Assembly: GCF_006345805.1 (NCBI RefSeq)
Contig: NC_042999.1
Span: 163,432,001-163,496,000 of the forward strand
From: Octopus sinensis
Lineage: Eukaryota
Direction: 5' to 3'
DNA length: 64,000 nucleotides
Shown: positions 13,178-21,939 of the stretch, one piece after another
How the letters are laid out: each line of letters starts with the position of its first letter
Position numbering within the stretch: the stretch's first letter is position 1
Notes under the pieces: generated by a model
Seen by the model: the letters and a program-made list of their open reading frames with translations, nothing else
Databases searched by the model: none
Told to the model about the DNA's origin: nothing
Made by a program: the position numbers and the translations under genes

Positions 13178-13242
13178 TTAAGAATCCGAATCTGTTTGGT
13201 CAGTGGCTAGTTTCCATGGTTGTGAAGGAAATAGAGAATTGG
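13178..13242 (-). CDS. Tentative terminal coding exon of FBXO16-like gene (S-NSLFPSQPWKLATDQTDSDS*)
   Basis: Strong acceptor ttttctcttttttcacag; the only frame open past the PW motif is phase 1, matching the exon at 25661-25850; PW recalls the PPWR motif of FBXO16; AATAAA lies about 50 nt after the stop. Homology is weak. Confidence 0.3.
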
Positions 13243-13532
13243 CTGTGAAAAAAGAGAAAATTAAAAAAGAATTCTTTAAATTACAAAATTAATAAAATTT
13301 TAAACATTGAATTCATGAAACACAAGAAATATAAATTAAAATATTAACTGATGTTTTTTTTTTAGATCCATACCTCTCTTCCCATAAAGTGTTGGAGCAT
13401 TTTTTGAGGGAAACCTTTTCTAAATGACTTTATCAGTGGATTACTTTACCTGTTGGCTTTATCTATATTATTTTTCATTCTGTTAAGACATGTTTGCCCA
13501 TTGCTTACGCACAGATCATGAACGGTTAAAGT

Positions 13533-13949
13533 TGTAACGTGAAAGGATCTATCATCGAAACACTGGCAGGGTGTCGAGATCCTTTCTAATCACATACAAA
13601 AATTCTTGTAGAAAACAAACAGACGAAACTCAGGTTAAAGGTGAACAGACAACTTGGTTTATTGATTCATGGTTGTACGTTGTCTGATGGGGGAATAGAC
13701 AGCCTCTGATATATTGCTGGTGTTGGTCTTGAGGTTGGTTGAAGTTGGTTGAAGCTGGTGTGTGGCTGTCAGAGCCAGGAAAACCGTGACCGATCGCAGG
13801 GCTGTCTTGAGCCGAAGAGAGAGATTTGAGGTTCGCGGGCTCGAGAGATGTTTTCCCGCACATGCGCATGGGGAAGACTTCCGGTGGCCACCCGGAAGTA
13901 GTCCCATTCTGCGCATGCGCGCCGAACCCTACACTGTAGCATCACTACA
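13533..13949 (-). repeat. 3' LTR of young Gypsy element
   Basis: 417-bp direct repeat of 18166-18579; minus-strand AATAAA near 13660. Confidence 0.96.
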
Positions 13950-14188
13950 GGGCTCCCCTCCGAGTGCGAAGTACGGCAACCAGAATATTGTGGTGGTGCT
14001 GCAGAAAACAGAAGGCTTGCCGATCCCCCAGAAGACTTGGTACATACTATTATACAATAAGAAACATTTTAAAGTTAAATGTAAATTTTGAAAAGTTTCT
14101 TGGGCCAATGCACTGTTCTGCCCGATTTTGTAACATACGGTGTGCTCGGGGCACCCGTTGACGGCGAGGGTGGTGTGTTGTAGGAGCC

Positions 14189-14255
14189 GGTGAAGGTGTT
14201 TGTGCAGGTGAAGGCGTTTGTGCAGGTGAAGGCGTTTGTGCAGGTGAAAGTGTTG
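14189..14255 (-). repeat. 18-bp tandem repeat encoding (SPAQTP)n in the integrase C-terminal extension
   Basis: ggtgaaggYgtttgtgca three times plus a partial unit. Confidence 0.9.
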
Positions 14256-17200
14256 TTAAAGGTGCATAGGTGGGTGTGTCAAGGTTGTCATCAAAAGATG
14301 AAGACGTCTCAAAATGTGCTTTTTTTAAACGGTCCACGGAAACGGTCTCCGAACGACCATTTATCTCAATCGTGAAAACCTTTGGTGTGCGAGAAAGCAC
14401 ACGAAAAGGTCCTTTATAGGGAGAAACAAGTGGGCCCTTCACAGAATCGTCCCGAACAAAAACATGCGACCAGGTGTTCATATCCGGTGGAAGATGGGAC
14501 GGTGGAGATTGCTTTCTGGGAAGCATGGGCGGAAGGTTTGAAAAATATTCCCGCAGTCTGGTGACATAGGTCGCCGGATCATGGGGCGGGGAAGTGTCTG
14601 GCACCAACATCGTACCGGGCAATGCCAGTGTGGTACCATACAGCAGCTCTGCAGCAGAAAACCCCAGGTCTGCCTTGACAGCAGTCCGACAGCCGAGAAG
14701 CACAATGGGCAGAAATTCGATCCAGGACTGTGGGTCCGAAGAGGCACGAAGAGCGGCCTTGAGCTGTCTGTGGAACCGCTCAACCAATCCATTAGACGCT
14801 GGATGGTAGCTTGTGGTGTGGATATGGTGTATACCCAAAATTCGCGACAATTCGCGAAATAGCGAGGCCTCAAACTGTCGTCCACGATCAGTTGTCAATC
14901 GGGACGGGACCCCGAAGCGAGAAATCCAGTTTGAAACGAAAGCTCGCGCAACAGTTTCAGCAGAAATGTCTGCTATCGGAATGGCTTCTGGCCAGCGGGA
15001 GAAACGATCGACACAAGTTAATAGATAAGAGAACCCGCGACTCACAGGCCATGGTCCAACCAGATCGATGTGGACATGGCGAAAACGGGCCTCCGTGGGG
15101 GGAAATTGTCCAAGCGGGGCACGAACGTGCCGTTGAATTTTGGATCGTTGACACTTGGAGCAGGTTCGTGTCCAAGAGGTAATTGTGCGACGCATATTCG
15201 GCCAGAAAACCGAGCAGTGATTAGTTTGAGGGTGGCAGCGATGCCAGGATGCGATAAGGAGTGCAGTGCTTCAAACACTGAGCGTTGATGGGTCTCAGGC
15301 ACCAGTGGCCTGGGAGATCCAGTTGAAGTGTCACAAAGAATGGTGCCTTCGGCTGACGGAAGCGGAAGGTAGGAAAACTGGCAACAGGAGAACTGGGGAG
15401 AAGTTAAATCTAACGACGCCAAAGGTGGCTGCTCCTGCGATATGGCAGCTAAGTCGATAGCAGCAGGAGACGAAAGGGCGCAAACTGGAAGGCGAGAGAG
15501 AGCGTCAGCAGGAACGTTCTCTTTTCCAGGTATGTGTCGAATGTTGCTAGTAAATTGAGAGATAAAATCCAGGTGCCGAAAAGCACGGGGTGAGAGTTTG
15601 TCCGTTTTTGAAAACAGGGCAAACGTAAGGGGCTTGTGATCCGTATAGATCACAAAATCTCGCCCTTCAAGTTGATGCTGGAAATGACGAACCGATAGAT
15701 AGATCGCTAGGAGCTCACGATCAAAGGTGCTGTATCGTCGTTCAGCTGGTTGCAGTTGACGGGAAAAGAAGGCTAGAGGTCGAACATGGTCATCCACTGT
15801 GTGTTGTAACACAGCGCCAATCGCAGTGTCCGACGCGTCCACAGTCAAAGAGAGAGAAGCACCAGGAACTGGATGTGCAAGCAAAGAAACAGAAGCCAGC
15901 TCCTTCTTAATGGACTCAAAGGCTGTCACTGCCTCAACAGAGAGGGTGACTTGACTGTCTTTTCTTGGAGTCCTTAACAGCCTGGTGAGAGGTAGCAGCT
16001 TATCTGCACAACCGGGAATGAAGCGTCGGTAGAAATTGACCATCCCTAGATAATGCCTGAGCTGGCGCAAGGAAGTGGGGGGTGCGATGCGTTGAATGGC
16101 ATCGACTTTTGACGAGAGGGGGCTGATTCCAGTCGAATCAATATGATGCCCTAGAAAATCTAGGGAAGAGCGTCCGAAAACACACTTGTGGGGTTTATGC
16201 GTATGCTATACGCGCGAAGACGCTGGAAGAGTTGAGAAAGGTGCCGGAGATGAGATGATTTTCTGTGTCGCTCGCAATGAGTATGTCATCGACATAGGCA
16301 AACACAAAATCAAGACCGCGGACAACCTCATCAATGAAACGCTGGAAGGTGCTAGTAGCATTCCGCAAACCGAAACTCATGTACAAAAACTCAAAACACC
16401 CAAACGGGGTAGTGATTGCAGTTTTTGGAACGTCGGCTGGGTTGACCGGTATTTGGTGGTAAGCGCGTATCAGATCGACCTTCGAAAAAATGGTACAACC
16501 ATGGAGATTTGCTGTAAAGTCCCGGAGATTTCTAATCGGATAGCGATCGGCTATTGTGACGGCATTGAGGCGTCGATAGTCTCCAACCGGGCGAAAATCA
16601 GACTCGCCCTTTCGCGCCAAATGAAGGGGAGATGCCCATGGGCTGGTGGAGGGGCGTATAAGGCCAAGTTGAAGCATGTGCTCAAACTCGGCTCTGGCCG
16701 TTTTTAGTCGGTCTGGCGCTAGGCGCCGGGGGCGTGAGAATACAGGTGGCCCATTGGTGGTGATGAAATGGAGGGTCGAGTGGGTAGGATTTTCCGGTTT
16801 AAAGGCAATGTCCACTAGCTCCGGAAATGAAACAAAAGAGAGTGAAATGGGTCTCCAGAGGTGGCGACAAAGAATGTCGGGCTAAGGACCGCAGTGGTGG
16901 AACTCCCAGTCGGTGTAGAGAGCGACGTCGTGCTATCAAGAAGCCTCCGACGCCTGACATCCACCAATAGGTTAAACCTATCCAGGAAATCAGCGCCGAG
17001 AATAGGATGTGGGATGTCAGCGATGACGAAAACCCATCGAAAATCTCGACGAAGGTTGAGGTTGAGGCGCAGCGAAACCTGACCGTAAGTGGTTATGGGA
17101 GACGAGTCAATAGCATGCAAGACAATCGAAGAGCGCTTGGGCTTGTCTGCAGCCAGACGAAGGGGCCAGATGCTGCAACAGGAGCCGGTGTCTACCATGA

Positions 17201-17259
17201 AGAATTTCTCCGACACCAGATCTTTTACATAGAATGCACGATGTTTGGGAAACGAGATG

Positions 17260-17300
17260 GAAGAAGGTGACGTGCTCACCTCCTCCGGATTTAGTTTTCC
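17260..17300 (-). promoter_or_regulatory. Putative -1 programmed ribosomal frameshift signal at the gag-pol junction
   Basis: G_GAA_AAC directly before the gag TAA, 7-nt spacer, 11-bp stem-loop GGAGGAGGTGA-GCACG-TCACCTTCTTC; pol is in the -1 frame. Confidence 0.7.
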
Positions 17301-18165
17301 GAGGGCTTGAAGTGCCACGGCTGGGTACACCGATCTGCCCTTTTGGTAGAGCGACTACGACTGCGTTGTCGGCGCTCGATCGCACGGGATAGATCGTCGA
17401 TTCGCCGCGTGAGCGCATCAATCCGCTCGGCTAGTGAAATTTGCGCAGGCCCCCCTATACATGCACAGAGGCCTCGCGATGGAGATGGATTCGGAAATTC
17501 CAGTATTCCATCGGCCATCGTGGCAATCTGAATATTGCTCTCCCCCGAACGTGTGTTGCGGCGGAGGATTTCTGCTTTCACAGACGCGTATGTGGCATCC
17601 GGGTGGGGACTTATTATTAGATCCCTGATCGATGCGGCGAGTCGGGGATGTAAGCCGGAATATAGCAGGTGCAACTGCTGCTGTGGAGAAATGGCATGTG
17701 CAACAAAATACCACTCCACTTGGGCAAACCACAGGCCCATATCCCCCGTAAATGAAGGCAAACCTGAAGCCATGCCTTTGTCGGAAGGAATCTGTGAGAA
17801 GGGGGCAGAAGGTATGGTCTAGAAGTGGAGAGAGAACACGTGGAACCGAGAGGCAATTCAAAATGTGTTTGTGTGTGCACCTCGTGGGTAGCAAAAAAAA
17901 GGAATAGGTGTGTACAAGGAAAACAAAATACAGAAAAGGAAAAAAAAAATGAATGTGTGTGTGTTTTCTTTTTTCTTTGTTTTTTTTTTTTTTTTTTTTT
18001 GTACTGTGTGCGATGAATAAGGCTATTTTACCCACACCTCGCCGTGCTGAAAAGGAGAAAATAGGAAAATAAATGTGAATTTCCGCGCTCTTCGGCCCCA
18101 AAAAAAAACCTGTTCGCTGTTGTCTTCTTCTATCCTGTTCTTTTTCTCAACTAGGGGTCACCAAT

Positions 18166-18579
18166 TGTAACGTGAAAGGATCTATCATCGAAACACTGGC
18201 AGGGTGCGAGATCCTTTCTAATCACCATACAAAAATTCTTGTAGAAAACAAACAGACGAAACTCAGGTTAAAGGTGAACAGACAACTTGGTTTATTGATT
18301 CATGGTTGTACGTTGTCTGATGGGGGAATAGACAGCCTCTGATATATTGCTGGTGTTGGTCTTGAGGTTGGTTGAAGTTGGTTGAAGCTGGTGTGGTGGC
18401 TCAGAGCCAGGAAAACCGTGACCGATCGCAGGGCTGTCTTGAGCCGAAGAGAGAGAGTTTTGAGGGCTCGGGAGATGATGTTTTCCCGCACATGCGCATG
18501 GGGAAGACTTCCGGTGGCCACCCGGAAGTAGTCCCATTCTGCGCATGCGCGCCGAACCCTACACTGTAGCATCACTACA
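18166..18579 (-). repeat. 5' LTR of young Gypsy element
   Basis: Direct repeat of 13533-13949, followed by AT and the tRNA-Trp-type PBS. Confidence 0.96.
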
Positions 18580-18799
18580 AAGTTAACCAATTCTTCTTTC
18601 AGCCTCGCTTTCCTCTACCCTTATTTCTTTGCACGTATCAACATTCTTATTTCTTATTTCTTGATTTTTTCTCATTATATTGTTCTTTCAGTACTCTCTC
18701 ATTATATTATTCTTTCTTTCAGTATTCTCTCATTACTCTGTCTAGCTCAAATATGTTTTTTCGTTTAGTCTTGTCTTCCTGTTGCTCCCTAGGCAAAAA

Positions 18800-18948
18800 G
18801 TTCAAAATTCTTTTTGCTGATGACACTCCATGGACCCTAAGTAAGGCATGTGTAAAATTTGAATGAAATTGGTTGTGTAGTTCTCAAGTTTTAGGGAAAC
18901 ACACACACAGACAGACAGACACACATTCTCAGTTTTATATATATGAAG

Positions 18949-18979
<31 letters not shown>

Positions 18980-19345
18980 TGTATATGAATGCATGTATGT
19001 ATGTATGTATGCATGCATATATGTGAGATATATGAGATAATAGTTTCACTTTAAAGTCTCAGAATTAATAGTGAAACTATAAAACTGAAAGTATCTCCCA
19101 TTACAATAGAGATGTTATTGTTTCACTTTTGACACATGATACTGAAATAGTGTGGAGATAGATTGCTCCAGGACTTGCATTAGGTAAGAAGTTGAAAATG
19201 TTTTTGGCCCATGACACTACATGGATCCTAAGTAAGGCAAGTGTAAGATTTGAATGAAATCAGTTGGGTAGTTCTCAAGTTTTAGGGATTGACACAGGCA
19301 GACTCACAGACAGACACACATTCTCAGTTTTATATGTTAAGATAT
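18800..19345 (+). repeat. Two diverged copies of an about 140-bp non-autonomous Helitron-like segment with (CAGA)n/(TATG)n
   Basis: About 18818-18950 matches about 19211-19342 (gacactNcatggaNcctaagtaaggc...ttctcagttttatat). Confidence 0.5.
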
Positions 19346-19379
19346 ATATGTATGTATATGTATGTGTATGTGTGTGTGC

Positions 19380-19590
19380 GTGTGTGTGTCTGTGTTTGTA
19401 CCCCCACCATTGCTTGACAACTGATGTTGCCGTGTTTACGTCCCTGTAACTTAGCCGTTTGGGAAAACAAACTGATAGAATATGTACTAGACTGACAAAG
19501 AATATATCCTGGGGTCGATTTCTTTGACTTAAGGCGGTGCACCAGCATGACCACAGTCACATGGCCGAAACAAGTAAAACAATAAAAAAC
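19380..19590 (+). mobile_element. 3' half of SINE family B, diverged
   Basis: ttgacaactgatg...ggggtcgatt...ggcggtgcaccagcatgaccacagtc matches the full copies. Confidence 0.8.
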
Positions 19591-19604
19591 TATGTCATTT
19601 TAAT

Positions 19605-19632
19605 CCCGAGCAATGCTGGGTATCTCTCCTAG
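19605..19632 (+). mobile_element. Helitron 3' terminus (hairpin plus CTAG)
   Basis: cccgagcaatgctggg hairpin followed by CTAG|T; parallels 20893-20919. Confidence 0.65.
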
Positions 19633-19680
<48 letters not shown>

Positions 19681-19846
19681 AATGAGGGTGAAAAATCGAT
19701 ATTAATTTAATAATACCGTCAATTTAACACCAAGTGGCTTAGCACAAAAAACTACGGAGAAAATACAAATTTATACATAAATTATTAGAGAGTTATCCAC
19801 TATGTGGACAACTCTAGTGCTAAAAATAGCTCCGAAGCAACCACAG

Positions 19847-20025
19847 AAGATCCGTTTCCAACTAGAATCAACACACATCTAACTGAAGGAAAGTGAAATA
19901 CAACAAATAAAATAGATTGACTCTATACAATTGTTTTGAAACAATTGTATAGAGTCAATCTATTTTATTCGTTGTATTTCACTTTCCTTCAGTTAGATGT
20001 GTGTTGATTCTAGTTGGAAACGGAT

Positions 20026-20028
<3 letters not shown>
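19847..20028. repeat. 182-bp near-perfect palindrome (90-bp arms, 2-nt loop)
   Basis: Arms are exact reverse complements apart from one mismatch. Confidence 0.95.
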
Positions 20029-20055
<27 letters not shown>

Positions 20056-20058
<3 letters not shown>

Positions 20059-20600
20059 TCATCATTTAGCATCTGCTTTCCATGCTAGCATGGGTTGGTT
20101 GGTTCAACTGGGGTCTGGGAAGCCAGAAGGCTGCACCAGGCCCAGTCTGATCTGGCAGTGTTTCTATGGCTGGATGCCCTTCCTAACGCCAACCACTCTA
20201 TGAGTGTAGTGGGTGCTTTTTATGTGCCACCCGCACAGGTGCCAGACGGGGCTGGCAAACGGCCACGGACGGATGGTGCTTTTTACATGCCACCGGCATG
20301 GGGGCCAGTCAAGGCTGGCAATGGCCACGATTGGATGGTGCTTTTTACGTGCCACCGGCACGGGGACCAGGCGAGGCTGGCAACGGCCATGATCGGATGG
20401 TGCTTTTTTTATGTGCCACTGGCACGGGGGCCAGTTGGGGTGGCGCTGGCAACGGACACGGTCGGATGGTGCTTTTTACATGCCACCGGCACGGGGGCCA
20501 GGCAAGGCTGGCAACGGCCACGATCGGATGGCGCTTTTTACATGCCACAGGCACGGAGGCCAGTCGGGGCAGCGCTGGCCATGGCCACTATCGGATGGTA
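20056..20600 (-). mobile_element. 3' UTR-only fragment of RTE LINE with about six 62-68 bp tandem units
   Basis: Matches 21940-22350; (CAT)n tail at 20056. Confidence 0.88.
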
Positions 20601-20616
20601 CGCTTATATATATATA

Positions 20617-20919
20617 TGCTTCTCACATAGGCAACTGTATGTTGGCTGCTCAAGAGTAGGAACCAAAAGAAACCTTTTTGTATATACTCCACAAGGAAAA
20701 ACAAGGAACATTGTTTACAACGAGGTGTTATAATCTCAACAGCCAGGAGGTATAAACATAATCCCCTTTTTTTTAACAAACTTCATTACTTTCATGTATT
20801 TATATTAATATACATATATTTGTGTGTGTGTGTGTGTGTATCCATATATATATATATATAACAGAAAAGTCTAATTCTTCTATTGAATGTAACCAGGCAA
20901 CGCCGGGTATCTCTGCTAG
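20617..20919 (+). mobile_element. Helitron 3' end: helicase C-terminus, UTR, hairpin and CTAG
   Basis: FSHRQLYVGCSRVG...KTRNIVYNEVL* matches the terminal Pif1-helicase motif of RepHel; ccaggcaacgccggg...CTAG|T at 20893-20920. Confidence 0.85.
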
Positions 20920-21939
20920 TAAGAGATATAGCTGTTATTTCTAGCACTTGCAGAAGACAGAAGACAGAAGTGATGGATGAATAACACATGTGCGTGTGTA
21001 TGTGTCTGCTGTTTACTTAGACGCAGAAAATGAATTTGGCTCAAATGCTGGGATTTCATTGGTTAAAATTCGAAGAATTAAACTACATAAAAGTTACAAA
21101 ATACAATTTTCTCAAAAAAACTAGTTGAAATTAATGTTTTCTTTTGACACATTCTACCAGTATACGAAGTTTCAAATTATTTAGTTAAGTAGAAATTCTG
21201 TCCATCTTTTAGAAAAGATCCATATTTTATATATCCCTTCATCAGAGACAGTGCAAGAAAATGGTTAAGAAATAGTTATTATAGAGAAGATATGAAATAC
21301 AGAGTGAAGTGGAGGGATGAAAACAGCCGTGAGATACGTAAGGATATTGTATCCGCAGTTCCATTATTTGAGCAGAATGGTGTATATATAAGTTTCCTGT
21401 ATCTTGTGTGTGGGCTCCAATGTTGCTTATAATTGGTCATTCCAAGCATAAAGTCTTGTAAAGGGTGTTATTCAATGGAAGGGTTTTTTTGAAGAGACTT
21501 AAAAGTTGGGAATGTGTTTGTAAGGTCAAATCAAAAACAGGAAGAGAGAAGGAAAGAAGGAAAAAATGAAGAGAGAAAAAGAGAAGAAAAGAAAAAAAAG
21601 GGGAGAGAGATAATAAAGAAATGAAGAGACAGAATGTGTGCTGGCTAGAAGTCAGTCAGGATAAAATGATAGGAGGAAGAGAGAGGTGTGAGTGAGAGAG
21701 AGAGAAAGAGACGAAAGTGTAAAGAGATGAAAGTGTAAAGAGATGAGAAGGTAAAGAGTAAAGGAGTGTGAGGTATGTTGTGATACAGCCTAAGTGAAGG
21801 GCAGAGAGAAGGGTAGTAAAATGGTGGAATAAAGAATTTGGGAATACAGGTTAGATTGCTTAAAGGACAGGTCAGTGATGAGTAGTAGAAGAATGTATAT
21901 CTGTGAAGATGTATACACATGTATATATTCAAACATGTA

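Larger units (their letters stand above)
13533..18579 (-). mobile_element. Young, structurally complete Ty3/Gypsy LTR retrotransposon (CsRn1-like), frameshifted
   Basis: TG...CA LTRs 13533-13949 and 18166-18579; AAGT TSD (13529-13532, 18580-18583); PBS TGGTGACCCC (18154-18163); PPT GGAGGGGAGCCC (13950-13961). gag 17291-17773, protease (FMVDTGS), RT (YVDD), RNase H (DASD), integrase ([22 protein letters not shown]). Confidence 0.96.

Noticed and set aside
14190-17628. Many plus-strand ORFs over the young Gypsy element
   Set aside because: Antisense shadows of GC-richer pol coding sequence with no motifs.
19838-19900. Possible fifth hammerhead at the palindrome edge (gaaacggatcttc-tgtggtt, minus strand)
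   Set aside because: No CTGANGA upstream and stem III is not palindromic; at most a relic.
20210-20600. CRISPR-like repeat-spacer appearance
   Set aside because: Spacers are homologous to each other, no cas genes are present, and the array is part of an RTE LINE 3' UTR in a eukaryote.
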